DNA of 64,000 nucleotides from a virus (IMGVR_UViG_3300042448_001193), one strand, 5' to 3'; shown: positions 1 through 10,025, counted from the first letter of the stretch. Translations and numbers: made by a program. The notes: generated from the sequence alone by a model not told the origin.

Positions 1-422
1 AAGCAAAGGTTTAAAATCTTTTGGAATCATATCAGCCTGGTGTAGAGTAAACGGAACGGCGACCAGTCTTTGCGGCTTGGGCGCCCAATTGATAAATTGA
101 ATATTTCGATGCACCTTGCCAGGTGCGCTCATTCGGCCGAGGTTTGGCCATGGCATACACAGTCAGTTTAACGCCATCAGAGGTCACGTAGGATTGCAAG
201 ACTTTCATACAATTTCCATTTCAGTGGGTTCAAAAACATTTGATGTTACAATAGTGCCGCCATTGATAACTTGATACAACTCAGCAACAGCTAGGATGTA
301 AAAAGTCATAACGCGACCAGTTGGCGTAATCAGGGTATACTGCATTGAATTCCTCAACAACTTATAACAGTACCTATTATACCAGGAATTCCGGAATTGT
401 CAATATACGAAAAAAGTATTCA

Positions 423-890
423 TTATACTTTCCAGATTTCCATGAAGCCTTCTTCCAGTGTCGGCTCTTCCCAATTGCCGATCATCCTATCAACAACATC
501 AATCGGAACAATTTTGTTGGGTCTTGATGCAAGGCGTCTTTCCAATTCTTGTCTTTCAGGAATAGGAAACACAACAGCAATGGCATAATAATTTGGAAGC
601 ATCCGAAACTTCTTGGCGCGAGTTCCGATTGAGGTTGAAGTTTGATCCCAAATAATATTGCGGCCAGCTTCCCTAGCTTCAATCACAGCATCCGTCATTC
701 TGTCAACTGCAATTGGCATATATTCTTGAAATGCTTCGGTGTATGTTTTGCCAGTTTGTGCAGCATACTCTTCAACGTATTGATCGGTTGATATAATAAC
801 GCAATCTTTTGTGAATGATTGATTGTTGGACCAAGTTGTCTTACCTGAAGCTGGAATGCCAACTAACATGTATAGTCTATTCATAATCAT
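423..890 (-). CDS. P-loop kinase, resembles the kinase domain of T4 polynucleotide kinase (Walker A GIPASGKTT; C-terminal RPNKIVPIDVVDRM like T4 Pnk RGTKAVPIDVLRSM)
   Basis: 155-aa ORF; Walker A motif and local similarity to T4 Pnk N-terminal domain recalled from memory. Confidence 0.55.
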   Translation of the reverse strand: MIMNRLYMLVGIPASGKTTWSNNQSFTKDCVIISTDQYVEEYAAQTGKTYTEAFQEYMPIAVDRMTDAVIEAREAGRNIIWDQTSTSIGTRAKKFRMLPNYYAIAVVFPIPERQELERRLASRPNKIVPIDVVDRMIGNWEEPTLEEGFMEIWKV

Positions 891-1114
891 ATAAAGCCTT
901 TACCAAAAACTTTAGGCGCAAGCGCACTGAAGTTTGCATCCTCACGTTCCGCAATTGTGTTCATGTGATACTCACACGGATAATGCCGAAGCAATCTGGA
1001 TGCTTGTCCACGAATACTTTTTGGCACTCGCGGCGTTTTCTTCGGATCAAGTAAGTCATAAAGAAATTTCTCAGTATTGATAACTGCGTTTGTTCTTTCA
1101 ACAGGTACTGTCAT
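887..1114 (-). CDS. hypothetical protein (75 aa), ATGA-coupled to downstream ORF
   Basis: ORF in minus-strand gene train, 4-nt overlap. Confidence 0.4.
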   Translation of the reverse strand: MTVPVERTNAVINTEKFLYDLLDPKKTPRVPKSIRGQASRLLRHYPCEYHMNTIAEREDANFSALAPKVFGKGFI

Positions 1115-1308
1115 AGATCACCACCATAAAACGGAATCAAAAGTTCCAGTGCATAAATCAATTGGTGATTCTTCGCAACATCTTCTGGATGAAGATATGT
1201 GCCTTCCTCAATATGAGATTTCAATTCCGCCTTTATATATTGATAACTATCTTTCAAGGACGCTAGTGCAATTCGGTCTGCGACTTCACCATCTAATTCA
1301 ATCATTAT
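1111..1308 (-). CDS. hypothetical protein (about 65 aa; start moved to MIELDG, preceded by GAGGAAG SD)
   Basis: ORF 1111..1416 trimmed to internal ATG with good SD; overlaps upstream gene end by 11 nt. Confidence 0.35.
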   Translation of the reverse strand: MMIELDGEVADRIALASLKDSYQYIKAELKSHIEEGTYLHPEDVAKNHQLIYALELLIPFYGGDL

Positions 1309-1696
1309 CTTCCTCTCTTGTGTGTTCACCACATGCAGTGTAAATCCATCCATGGCCGCGGCGCTTGCCTGGTTTGCCACATGTCTCACAAATTCTTCCA
1401 GACATACTCTCAGCAAACCAAATCATGCCGCGTGTGAGGTCATCACCACCACTAACATAAAATCTCAGTGTGCCAAACTTTTCCTTGACTTGTTCAACAA
1501 CAACTTGTGGAACATTCAGCCTAGGATTTTGATCAATGTATAGTTGAATACTGTCACACAATTGATCAATCAAATCAAACCAGCCATCACGACATTCAAA
1601 ACCCCAGTACATACAAGATTCTTGCATACTGGAATTCCGATTGACGAACATTTTAGGATATCGTTCGCACAGCAATTTATCCAATTCATCGTTCAT
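1298..1696 (-). CDS. hypothetical protein, Cys-rich C-terminus (CETCGKPGKRRGHGWIYTACGEH)
   Basis: 132-aa ORF, possible Zn-binding C-terminus. Confidence 0.45.
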   Translation of the reverse strand: MNDELDKLLCERYPKMFVNRNSSMQESCMYWGFECRDGWFDLIDQLCDSIQLYIDQNPRLNVPQVVVEQVKEKFGTLRFYVSGGDDLTRGMIWFAESMSGRICETCGKPGKRRGHGWIYTACGEHTREEDND

Positions 1697-2010
1697 ACAG
1701 CGTCCTCACGTTCCAGATATTTGTAAAAATCTTCATCCGTTTCATATACAAATTCTGTACCATCAGCATGAATGCAATGTGGACCAGGAGTTTTACCCGG
1801 CTCAAATTCATATAGAAACCATTCAACACTTTCGGTATAATCACCAAACAATGCACGAATCAAAAGAGTACGTTGGATATGACACTGTTCAAAATATTCA
1901 CTCTCAAAAAAGATACTATTGATATCCCGAGGAACAGAACAAATATATTTGTCCTGCTTTATATCACTAGCACGTAATTGTCGCACCACATCAATCAATT
2001 CTTTATTCAT
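1693..2010 (-). CDS. hypothetical protein (105 aa)
   Basis: ORF, ATGA overlap with downstream gene. Confidence 0.45.
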   Translation of the reverse strand: MNKELIDVVRQLRASDIKQDKYICSVPRDINSIFFESEYFEQCHIQRTLLIRALFGDYTESVEWFLYEFEPGKTPGPHCIHADGTEFVYETDEDFYKYLEREDAV

Positions 2011-2102
2011 TTTCGTATTTCAAATTAGGTTTACGCCACAATAGCCAGCCAAGGTAAATGCCATTGACCCAAGCCAACAAAATAAGACCAGCAATTTCAA
2101 AC

Positions 2103-2366
2103 TCAGTCATCTTGAATTCCAAAACTATCTAGAATATTTGCGCCGATGTTTTTACGACCATCATGCTCCATAAGACCAGCAGTCAATGCACATTGCCGAA
2201 CAATCAACTCGGCAAACTTTTCCAATTCATCTTCCCAACATTCAGCAAATGCTCGCGCTGGTGTTTCGGTTACGTCATAAGTAAACTCAATGCTTGCTTG
2301 TTCAGCAAGTTCTCTAAATTGTTTATTCATTTTCAAACTCGGCCATCTCGCGGGCGACTTCCTCAA
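2103..2366 (-). CDS. member of multicopy small-protein family (ELAEQA ... EKFAELIVRQCA ... FGIQDD)
   Basis: shared N-terminal, central and C-terminal motifs with 6 other ORFs in this window. Confidence 0.55.
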   Translation of the reverse strand: MRKSPARWPSLKMNKQFRELAEQASIEFTYDVTETPARAFAECWEDELEKFAELIVRQCALTAGLMEHDGRKNIGANILDSFGIQDD

Positions 2367-2495
2367 CCCATGACACAGGCACGTTCAGCGTGTCAGCCAC
2401 ATTTTGCCACGACTCGCCGCGTTCCAGCATATCTTGAACATCCATCCAAAGCTCTGACATAACAGACATAAATTTCTCCAGTTAGTTTCTCTATC

Positions 2496-3068
2496 TTACA
2501 ACAAAACGTCATCATTGTCAAGTGTCCATCCACGTTCCAGGAATTTCTGTTGCCTTTTCGCAACAGGCTCTCTACCACCAGGATTTTTTACCAATCTTTT
2601 CCTATCAATAACATCAAGTTGATTTTCCGAAATATAAAATACATTCTCAGCTAAATCCAAATATGGCAAGCAATGTATATAATCAAACTTTTTTCTTTCA
2701 GTGTAATAATCACCCAATGTAATTATTTGAAAGTCATTGATCAGTGTGATGGCATTTTCGGTAATTAGCGGTTGTGAACTTTGTAGATTACCATACTTTG
2801 CAGCCACATCCATGATATAGTCAGAGTAGTCACAAATTATAATGTCGCGCAGGTACTGAATTTTTGCGGGATCACGGAGCCAGAAATCATAGTCTTTTGG
2901 CTCTTCTTTATGATATATTGAAGAGGTACAAGAACCAGACAGAATGCAGCTATCGTGAATCATCCACCACAGCGCCTTAGGCAACAAGTCCTTCTGTTTA
3001 TAGAGCTTTAGTACTACATCGCCTTTCAAGGTAGTAGCAGTTTTATTCCAAGATGTATTAGTATTCAT
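2496..3068 (-). CDS. hypothetical protein (190 aa)
   Basis: long ORF, first gene of leftward unit diverging from promoter region at about 3.1 kb. Confidence 0.5.
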   Translation of the reverse strand: MNTNTSWNKTATTLKGDVVLKLYKQKDLLPKALWWMIHDSCILSGSCTSSIYHKEEPKDYDFWLRDPAKIQYLRDIIICDYSDYIMDVAAKYGNLQSSQPLITENAITLINDFQIITLGDYYTERKKFDYIHCLPYLDLAENVFYISENQLDVIDRKRLVKNPGGREPVAKRQQKFLERGWTLDNDDVLL

Positions 3069-3159
3069 AAATTATTCTCAAGTACCGACACCGACGATTC
3101 TACGCACATTTCCACCGGTTGTCAAGTTGTTTTTTTGCAACACCAACATCTTTTACCTA

Positions 3160-3187
3160 TTGACAATTACCATGGGCGTGGTATAAT
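3160..3187 (+). promoter_or_regulatory. sigma70-like early promoter cassette (TTGACA 3160-3165, 16-nt spacer, TATAAT 3182-3187, TGn extended -10)
   Basis: ttgacaattaccatgggcgtggtataatagagcc; member of repeated cassette. Confidence 0.7.
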
Positions 3188-3219
3188 AGAGCCTTAGACA
3201 GACAGAAAGCGAGACCCTA

Positions 3220-3468
3220 ATGCGAACCAAACAGTTGATCCGTGGCTTGAAAAACTCCCAACGTATCCGTGTGATCCTCAATAATGTAGCATTTTTTACT
3301 ACAGCATCGGGGACTGACGATATCATGTATCGTAACCAGCGCATCGCGGTTCAGTTTGCACTGGAGCGTATGGTTAAAGAAAAAATTACCGGACTCGCGA
3401 CCACCTTTTCGTGCTACAATGAAAAGATGGAATCCGAGCGTATCCAAGTACAGGTGGACTTAGTATGA
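3220..3468 (+). CDS. hypothetical early protein (82 aa)
   Basis: first ORF after promoter; ATGA-coupled to 3465..3626. Confidence 0.45.
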   Translation: MRTKQLIRGLKNSQRIRVILNNVAFFTTASGTDDIMYRNQRIAVQFALERMVKEKITGLATTFSCYNEKMESERIQVQVDLV

Positions 3469-3626
3469 CAAGAATTCTTTTTTATCGCCTCCAAGCTCTG
3501 GAAGCCTTGCGCTGCACTTCAATGCAAGCCACCAAAATTGGTGATATTTGGTGCGAAGGTTGGATCAGCGAAGCGGACATGGAAACATTCCGACTGAATG
3601 GCTGGTGGTACGAAGTTCAGAAGTGA
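3465..3626 (+). CDS. hypothetical small protein (53 aa, MTRILFYRLQALEALRC...)
   Basis: below track threshold; ATGA overlap with upstream stop. Confidence 0.3.
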   Translation: MTRILFYRLQALEALRCTSMQATKIGDIWCEGWISEADMETFRLNGWWYEVQK

Positions 3627-3641
3627 GTACTTTTACTGTAC

Positions 3642-3669
3642 TTGACAATTACCTAGAACCTGGTATAAT
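3642..3669 (+). promoter_or_regulatory. early promoter cassette (TTGACA 3642-3647, TATAAT 3664-3669)
   Basis: gagtacttttactgtacttgacaattacctagaacctggtataatagagact. Confidence 0.7.
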
Positions 3670-3699
3670 AGAGACTTAGAACGAAACGAAGGAATCAAA

Positions 3700-3866
3700 A
3701 TGGATATCACAACAGCAATCGCGCAAATCAACCAAGAAGCCGAACACTTGGGCTTGGGTCTTCTGGAAACATTGCAAGATATCCAAGAGCGTGGCGAGAT
3801 GGTCTACAGTGACAAGACTATGCGCGCCTATCGCGTGTTCATGGCTCAAGGCGCTAAATTTTTCTA
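3700..3866 (+). CDS. hypothetical small protein (55 aa, MDITTAIAQINQEAEHLG...)
   Basis: manual ORF downstream of promoter with SD AAGGAAT. Confidence 0.35.
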
Positions 3867-3876
3867 AGGAGTAGTT

Positions 3877-4158
3877 ATGAAGCAAAATTATACAATGTAT
3901 ATTTACAAAGCCGACCGCCGTTGCAAGACTGGTGAGCGCCTGTTCTCCACTACCGTGTGGCCTAACCGTGATGAAGCCACGATCCGCCGCGAGTGCAACG
4001 AATTGTATGACCTGTATCCCGCGACAAAAGGGTGGCGCTTTGAATGTCACCCAACCACAATTACCGTCAAAAGTTACATGACTGGCGAGGATGTCCAAAT
4101 CGACCGCGACACACCATGGTGTTGTAATCCTGCGTCAGAATCTTTTTGGTCAATGTAA
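3877..4158 (+). CDS. hypothetical protein (93 aa)
   Basis: ORF with SD AAGGAG upstream. Confidence 0.5.
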   Translation: MKQNYTMYIYKADRRCKTGERLFSTTVWPNRDEATIRRECNELYDLYPATKGWRFECHPTTITVKSYMTGEDVQIDRDTPWCCNPASESFWSM

Positions 4159-4164
4159 AACCAC

Positions 4165-4192
4165 TTGACAAGTCTCCACCAATCTGTATAAT
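4165..4192 (+). promoter_or_regulatory. early promoter (TTGACA 4165-4170, TATAAT 4187-4192)
   Basis: cttgacaagtctccaccaatctgtataatagaacc. Confidence 0.6.
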
Positions 4193-4291
4193 AGAACCTA
4201 TGAAACTGATTACTGAAATCTTCCAAGCCGCCATCATCGCCACTCTGATGTTTGGTCCTTTCTTTTATTACTTCCTTTTTATGATGAAACC

Positions 4292-4471
4292 ATGATCCGA
4301 GTTATTTTGGCCTGGGCGATCCTAAGCGCCCTCATTGCATTCTTGATTACCATGTTCCGAAGTTTGTCTGGTAAACAAAAATGGCAGTTGACAAAAGTTG
4401 TTGGCTATGCTACAATGTGTTCTCTTATCGCAGTAGCAATTCTTGTTGGTATTGTTGTCCTCTTTTAAGGA
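4292..4471 (+). CDS. small membrane protein (59 aa, two hydrophobic segments)
   Basis: manual ORF; hydrophobic; contains promoter-like TTGACA-17-TACAAT at 4388-4416. Confidence 0.3.
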
Positions 4472-4565
4472 GTTATCATGTTCAGTGACCTTTTGCTAAG
4501 GCCCTTGTATTTCATCCTGGGCTTCCTTGTTTGTTTTGTTCTTTTTTCTTTTGGAGTTCTTTAAT

Positions 4566-5363
4566 ATGAATCGTTACCTGAAACTTGGCGCTATCGCCGC
4601 AGCCGTTGCTTTGACTTCCGCATGTACTCGTATTGAAACTGGTGAGGTCGGTGTTCGTGTCGGCTTTGATAAACAGGTGCAGTCTGGTGAGTTGCTGCCT
4701 GGATCATTCAACCAAACTATCGTTGGCACTATTTTGACTTTCCCAGTCAAGGACGTTAACGTAGTCCTGGAGAATATGACACCCGTTGCAAAAGACAACA
4801 GCACCATGAAAGACTTGGACGCTGTGGTTGTTTACAACATCAATCCACAAACCGTTGCTGAACTATACTCCGCAAAGAACAAATCGTTCCACGCAGAATT
4901 CAAAGGTGACACATATGTGATGTATAACTATGTGGTGCAAAACGCACGGAATGCCATCTACAAAGCCGCACGAAAGTATGAAGCATTGGACATGGCTGAT
5001 AACCGCACGGATATGGAAAACTATATCAAGGATGAAATTCAGCGAAACCTTGCTGAGGAAAAACTTGACGGTAGTATCACTATCTCCCAGGTCATGATCC
5101 GTAACGTATTGCCAAGTGATACAGTGGTAGAATCCGCTAACGCATTGGTTCGTAGCAAAAACGAATTGAAGCAAAAGGAAGTGGAAGTGAAAACTGCTGA
5201 GGCCGAAAGCCGTCGTATGGCTGCATTGGCTAACAACTCAGGCAGTTCCATTGCATTCATGCAAGCACAAGCTATGTTGAATATCTCAGAAGGTATCAAG
5301 AACGGCAAGGTGCAGACAATCGTTGTGCCATCCAACTTCAATGCTTTGATGATGGGTAAGTAA
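4566..5363 (+). CDS. SPFH/band-7 (prohibitin-like) domain lipoprotein; lipobox LTSAC
   Basis: start placed at MNRYLKLG with GGAG SD; signal/lipobox then SPFH-like sequence and C-terminal coiled coil. Confidence 0.5.
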   Translation: MNRYLKLGAIAAAVALTSACTRIETGEVGVRVGFDKQVQSGELLPGSFNQTIVGTILTFPVKDVNVVLENMTPVAKDNSTMKDLDAVVVYNINPQTVAELYSAKNKSFHAEFKGDTYVMYNYVVQNARNAIYKAARKYEALDMADNRTDMENYIKDEIQRNLAEEKLDGSITISQVMIRNVLPSDTVVESANALVRSKNELKQKEVEVKTAEAESRRMAALANNSGSSIAFMQAQAMLNISEGIKNGKVQTIVVPSNFNALMMGK

Positions 5364-5380
5364 ACATTTCGGAGTGGTGA

Positions 5381-5737
5381 ATGAAAGCCTATCTGCATGG
5401 AAAAATCCACGCTAAAAAATATGGAGGAGTCGCCGATGACTACGCAGACATTGACGACTTCATTGACAGCTCTAAAGCATCGGTTGCAGATGTGCGGCAC
5501 CGAGCCGTACTACACTCTGCTTTTGGCTGTTTTGTCGTTGAACAAATGTTCGGTAGAACCAGAATTAATTCAGATGGCAAAGAGTACAGCCCAAGAGACA
5601 TTGCCGAAGACCACATTCAGCAAGACCTAGGCTTCATTCCTACCATGGAAATGTATCTAAACAACATGACGCTCCAACCTTGGATGTCAGGCACAATGAA
5701 AACCAACCGTAGTAAATTTATCAAACTTGAGGACTAA
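5381..5737 (+). CDS. hypothetical protein (118 aa)
   Basis: ORF in plus-strand operon. Confidence 0.45.
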   Translation: MKAYLHGKIHAKKYGGVADDYADIDDFIDSSKASVADVRHRAVLHSAFGCFVVEQMFGRTRINSDGKEYSPRDIAEDHIQQDLGFIPTMEMYLNNMTLQPWMSGTMKTNRSKFIKLED

Positions 5738-6152
5738 CATGTCAATAATTAAAGCTGGATATCGTATTACCGTCACCTCTTGGGAAAATGACGCAGACAA
5801 TTACAATACCAAAACTGTCGAGGGTTTGAATGAAGATGAAGTTAATTTTCATATTGATCTTTTGAAGTTGATTGTGGGTAGTAACAGCAACGACAAAACA
5901 GTATTCGGTAACATGTATAATCCTAGGGATAGTGAACTTGAAGCATTTCAGGAAGCTGTTATTAGAGTTTTTCTGAAACATTCACGGCCAGATAGCATCT
6001 ATGAACCTCTAGATATTGCAATGGACATTATCGGCGAGTACACTGGTTATGGTGGTGATGGGTTCTACACCCGTGTAGCAGAATCTATTGTGGTCGAGTT
6101 CGTTCCACAAGAAATTATTATTGAAGACGTATCAACTAAATTTGGAGTTTAA
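5727..6152 (+). CDS. hypothetical protein (141 aa)
   Basis: ORF. Confidence 0.5.
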   Translation: MRTNMSIIKAGYRITVTSWENDADNYNTKTVEGLNEDEVNFHIDLLKLIVGSNSNDKTVFGNMYNPRDSELEAFQEAVIRVFLKHSRPDSIYEPLDIAMDIIGEYTGYGGDGFYTRVAESIVVEFVPQEIIIEDVSTKFGV

Positions 6153-6154
6153 TC

Positions 6155-6637
6155 ATGAAACAAATCAACGAAATCGAAGCATTGTTCGACCAAATGAACG
6201 CCGAAATGGAAGAACTGAAAGCGACATACCAGAAACGCGGCCAAGAAATTTTCAAACTTGCATTCAAAGAATTCTTTGATGCAAATCCTGAGGTAAAGGT
6301 TGTCGGCTGGCGTCAATACACTCCATACTTCAATGATGGAGATGCATGTACATTCAATTGCTATGCATCATACGCATTTGTTTCCAATGCAGTGGACTAT
6401 GATAGTGTCCGGTATGGTGAATATGAAGGTGATGATGAAACTGTTTGGATCAATGATCCCGACTATGGTGATCACAATGAAGAATTGATTCCTGATTCCG
6501 TTTCTGCGAATAGTGAAGCATTGCGCAAATTGCTTTCTAAGATTTCGGATGATGTGTTCCTTGACATGTTCGGCGATCACTGCAAGGTGTTTGCGACCCG
6601 TGAAGGTTTTGATGTTCAAGAATATGACCACGACTAA
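6155..6637 (+). CDS. hypothetical acidic protein (160 aa)
   Basis: ORF. Confidence 0.5.
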   Translation: MKQINEIEALFDQMNAEMEELKATYQKRGQEIFKLAFKEFFDANPEVKVVGWRQYTPYFNDGDACTFNCYASYAFVSNAVDYDSVRYGEYEGDDETVWINDPDYGDHNEELIPDSVSANSEALRKLLSKISDDVFLDMFGDHCKVFATREGFDVQEYDHD

Positions 6638-6866
6638 TACGCGAATCCAAGAATTTATTCTGGAAGCAACAGTGACGACTGATGTGTATAATCCTGATAC
6701 AGGTATTACACATTACCGTGAATTCTTTGACCATGAAAAGTTTGCTGAGTTGATTGTGAAGGAATGTGCCGAAGTTGCTCAGATGAACACTCCCGATACC
6801 GAGGAGTGTGAATATACACATCTTATCAGTGAAAAGATAAAAGAACATTTCGGAATTGAAGAATGA
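6624..6866 (+). CDS. multicopy family member (MTTTNTRIQEFILEA ... EKFAELIVKECAEVA ... HFGIEE)
   Basis: start trimmed to ATG 6624; family motifs. Confidence 0.5.
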   Translation: MTTTNTRIQEFILEATVTTDVYNPDTGITHYREFFDHEKFAELIVKECAEVAQMNTPDTEECEYTHLISEKIKEHFGIEE

Positions 6867-7321
6867 ACGCAACTAACCCTATTGAAACCCTAGCTGGCTG
6901 TATGGCTCATGCCGCATATGTGGCGTTTCCTGAATACAAGTATCAAGACCGCGACTGGGCCAAACATGATAAGTGGCGAGCTACGCTGACGCGAGAAGAA
7001 ATGAAAACAGCGGTAGCACCAGCCGATTGTTTTGTTGAGAAGTCTCGCAAGCATTCATTATATGACTTGACTGTGTACAATATGTTTCCACAGACCTGGA
7101 GTAGCACAGCACTAGGCTTCGGTGGGATTGGTGGTCAAGCTATTACCAGTGCATATGTTTGTATCATTGAAAGCGACTTGGTTGGTGGCTTTGCAGTGTA
7201 CTTTGGTGGTAGACCGGCTTATGTTATCAACCGACCTAATGAAAAGTTTATAGAAGACATTGAGCGACACCGTATGGTAGATGCCAAGTTAGGAAAGGCT
7301 ACGTATGAACGAACGAATTAA
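6863..7321 (+). CDS. hypothetical protein (152 aa), ATGA-coupled to family member
   Basis: ORF. Confidence 0.5.
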   Translation: MNATNPIETLAGCMAHAAYVAFPEYKYQDRDWAKHDKWRATLTREEMKTAVAPADCFVEKSRKHSLYDLTVYNMFPQTWSSTALGFGGIGGQAITSAYVCIIESDLVGGFAVYFGGRPAYVINRPNEKFIEDIERHRMVDAKLGKATYERTN

Positions 7322-7583
7322 AGACCTTGCAAGAGAAGCCGGCTATTACCTTTATGATCTAACTGAAACACATGAAATCAAAACTGTTGAAACTGACAGT
7401 ACAGACGAGTGGATCACATTAGAAAAGTTTGCCGAGCTAATTGTTCAGGAATGTGCTAGAATTGCCAGAGCAACACCTTTTCCAGATACTGATGTTGAAG
7501 TTAGAAAAACGTTCGGACATACATGGGATATGGCTGCTAGTGAAGCTGGTCGTGAAATTGTAAATCATTTTGGAGTTAAGTAA
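7305..7583 (+). CDS. multicopy family member (MNERIKDLAREAGYY ... EKFAELIVQECARIA ... HFGVK)
   Basis: family motifs. Confidence 0.55.
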   Translation: MNERIKDLAREAGYYLYDLTETHEIKTVETDSTDEWITLEKFAELIVQECARIARATPFPDTDVEVRKTFGHTWDMAASEAGREIVNHFGVK

Positions 7584-7897
7584 TGTGGAATAAATTTAAA
7601 TCATTGCCGTTGTCTGTGCAGTTATCAATCGGATTCCTAATCGGACTTTTGACTGTTGCCATTATAGTATTTCCGCCAGCGGGTATTGTACTTGGAACAA
7701 TTGTAGCCGGTTTCAGGGTGTTCATCTATTTGACTGATGGTGTGTAATATGAGCAACCTTTGGTTCAATATTAGATTTGGTACCAGACACTGGCAGTGGG
7801 GTCCTGATGGTATGTCATGGAGAGTGAATCCCTATTTTATAGAGAATGCACCCACAAAGTGGTTTGAAATATACTGTTTGTTTGGAAGAGTGCCGGA

Positions 7898-8119
7898 ATG
7901 ACTAAAAAGAAAGAAGCAAAGAAGTTTATGTATGGCGTAGGCTTCTATTGGGAAGGCGATAGCGGTCACGTAGGTCTGTATGCATCTGGTAGCGAAGTCT
8001 TTTATGGCACAATGGAAGAAGCCAAGAACTTCCAAGCATACTGTCAGTCACGCCCAGATAACAGAGGTAAGGAAAAGCGCGAGTATAAGATATTCCAACT
8101 TATCGAGGTACCAGAGTGA
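7898..8119 (+). CDS. hypothetical protein (73 aa)
   Basis: ORF; coupled train 7898-9111. Confidence 0.45.
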   Translation: MTKKKEAKKFMYGVGFYWEGDSGHVGLYASGSEVFYGTMEEAKNFQAYCQSRPDNRGKEKREYKIFQLIEVPE

Positions 8120-8334
8120 ATCAACCCATAACATTTTATAACACCAGTTTCACAGGTGTATTACCCACCTCAGCCGTGGGTAAAGGCGTTATAAACAAAA
8201 CAGTCTGGGAACAAACCACGTATCCCAATGGCTCAGTAGTCACCAGAAGCTATCATGATACCATTGAAGTGTATGATAAAAATGCAGTCGTGACCAAACA
8301 CAATCAACAAAACATTATAGACATGATGGTATGA
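8116..8334 (+). CDS. hypothetical protein (72 aa)
   Basis: ATGA overlaps. Confidence 0.45.
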   Translation: MNQPITFYNTSFTGVLPTSAVGKGVINKTVWEQTTYPNGSVVTRSYHDTIEVYDKNAVVTKHNQQNIIDMMV

Positions 8335-8525
8335 ACGATAAAGACAATATCAAAGCTGGCGCAGATATGAACGCAGGTGATGGTGGTTATAGAATAGGCA
8401 CTCAGGAAGCATATGAGGAGTTTGTAAAGCTCCGAAACGAAGCCATAGCACTAGCCAAAAAAGAAGGTATCAAAGAACGCCACTATACCAACTCAGGTAA
8501 ACCGATTGACTTTCCTGATAGATGA
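8331..8525 (+). CDS. hypothetical protein (64 aa)
   Basis: ATGA overlaps. Confidence 0.4.
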   Translation: MNDKDNIKAGADMNAGDGGYRIGTQEAYEEFVKLRNEAIALAKKEGIKERHYTNSGKPIDFPDR

Positions 8526-9111
8526 CAAAGATGTTTGGCATACATTAGATGCTGACGATCTTTGGATTTATGATAAGCTAATCCTAGCCAAGAAACTTGG
8601 ATATAAAGCCGCGCCCGCAGGTGTTCCAGTTGATAGCCCTAATTGGTACATTGTTCGCCCTATAACCAATCTCCGCATGATGAGTCGTGGTGCAGCAAAG
8701 CAATGGCTAACGCCCAATGATGTTAACGCAATTCCAGATGGTTATTTTTGGTGTGAGTTTTTCACTGGTGACCATATCTCAGTAGACTATCATTATGGTC
8801 AACAACACATTTGTGTACAAGGGTTTAGAAACAGTGATAGGCTTGATAGATTTTGCAGATGGACTAAAATAGATAAGCACATTCCAATACCACTTCCGCT
8901 AAAGCACTTATCAGAAAAATACGAATGGATCAATGTAGAGTATGTTGGTGGTAATCCGATTGAAGTCCATGCAAGGTACAATGACGACTTCACCAACCAT
9001 TCATGCAACACTATAATACCCGTTTGGAAAAACGAATCCATTGAGCAACCACCAGGTTCTTCATGGTACGAATCGCCCTCAGCAGAACGATTAGGATTTT
9101 GGATATACTAA
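8506..9111 (+). CDS. hypothetical protein (201 aa)
   Basis: ORF. Confidence 0.5.
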   Translation: MTFLIDDKDVWHTLDADDLWIYDKLILAKKLGYKAAPAGVPVDSPNWYIVRPITNLRMMSRGAAKQWLTPNDVNAIPDGYFWCEFFTGDHISVDYHYGQQHICVQGFRNSDRLDRFCRWTKIDKHIPIPLPLKHLSEKYEWINVEYVGGNPIEVHARYNDDFTNHSCNTIIPVWKNESIEQPPGSSWYESPSAERLGFWIY

Positions 9112-9153
9112 AAGTAATACTTTAGTCTTACACCAAGTTTAGTCAGGTATTGG

Positions 9154-9181
9154 TTGACACTTACCGGAAACCTGGTATAAT
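9154..9181 (+). promoter_or_regulatory. early promoter cassette (TTGACA 9154-9159, TATAAT 9176-9181)
   Basis: ttgacacttaccggaaacctggtataatagagccatagacag. Confidence 0.7.
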
Positions 9182-9210
9182 AGAGCCATAGACAGTAAGA
9201 AAGACAAATC

Positions 9211-9399
9211 ATGGCCTTCGAATCAAAAATCCTCTCCCTTGTTGCTAAAGTCACCACCGATGCTGAATTCACCAGCGGTACTCTTTTCGTGACATGCACT
9301 CCACGTGAGGCCGCTAAAATCCAAACGATTTTGGAAAATCCCGCTTACGGCGTGATTGTCTCTCCTGTTGGTGATCAATTTGCTTTTGACTTTGTTTGA
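9211..9399 (+). CDS. hypothetical protein (62 aa)
   Basis: ORF after promoter. Confidence 0.4.
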   Translation: MAFESKILSLVAKVTTDAEFTSGTLFVTCTPREAAKIQTILENPAYGVIVSPVGDQFAFDFV

Positions 9400-9513
9400 T
9401 TGGAGTTTTTATGTTTGAATTTTTAGTCGTTGTTTGTGTTGTGTTGGTCTTGGTTGGTGGCACTGTTAGTGGCTCCGTTGAGACCTTAGGTTAATCCTTT
9501 CATTGGAGTTATC

Positions 9514-9810
9514 ATGAAAATCGCTCGGACTATTCTTGATCAAATTGGATATCTAGACCCATGGGCTATGTATGCTTGGGGTGCAGTAGACCTCACTGAT
9601 ATGGGTGATGGCTTACAATTTAAAACAACTGGTATGACACCATTCAAAGGTTTGGTGTATATCCAATACAAGCCTTGCCCTGACCTGTATAACATCACAT
9701 TTATGCAAGTCCGTAAGGTCAAAGGCGTTCCTACAGTGAAAGTCCGCAAGATAGTGGTGGACGTATATGCTGAGGACTTGATTCGTACCATTGACGAATT
9801 CGTAGGATGA
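9514..9810 (+). CDS. hypothetical protein (98 aa)
   Basis: ORF with SD. Confidence 0.5.
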   Translation: MKIARTILDQIGYLDPWAMYAWGAVDLTDMGDGLQFKTTGMTPFKGLVYIQYKPCPDLYNITFMQVRKVKGVPTVKVRKIVVDVYAEDLIRTIDEFVG

Positions 9811-10013
9811 TCCAAATGAAATTCAAACTAGGTGACACCGTTAGAAAAGTGTCTGGCTCACAGTGGCATGGCACCATTGTGGGAACTTATAGCACCAAAC
9901 TTACACCAGAAGGCTATGCTGTGGAAAGTTTCACAGAGGTGGGTTCAGTCCAGATTTATCCAGCTAAGGCGTTGGAACTATTCACACCCAATAAAAAGAG
10001 TACTTCCGACTGA
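9807..10013 (+). CDS. hypothetical protein (68 aa)
   Basis: ATGA overlap. Confidence 0.45.
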   Translation: MIQMKFKLGDTVRKVSGSQWHGTIVGTYSTKLTPEGYAVESFTEVGSVQIYPAKALELFTPNKKSTSD

Positions 10014-10025
10014 CTTGACAATTAC

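Noticed and set aside
5039-5500. Minus-strand ORFs 4574..4807, 4863..5174 and 5039..5500 inside the SPFH gene region
   Set aside because: They are antisense to a well-supported plus-strand gene in a uniformly plus-strand block. They are hydrophobic or low-complexity with no SD.
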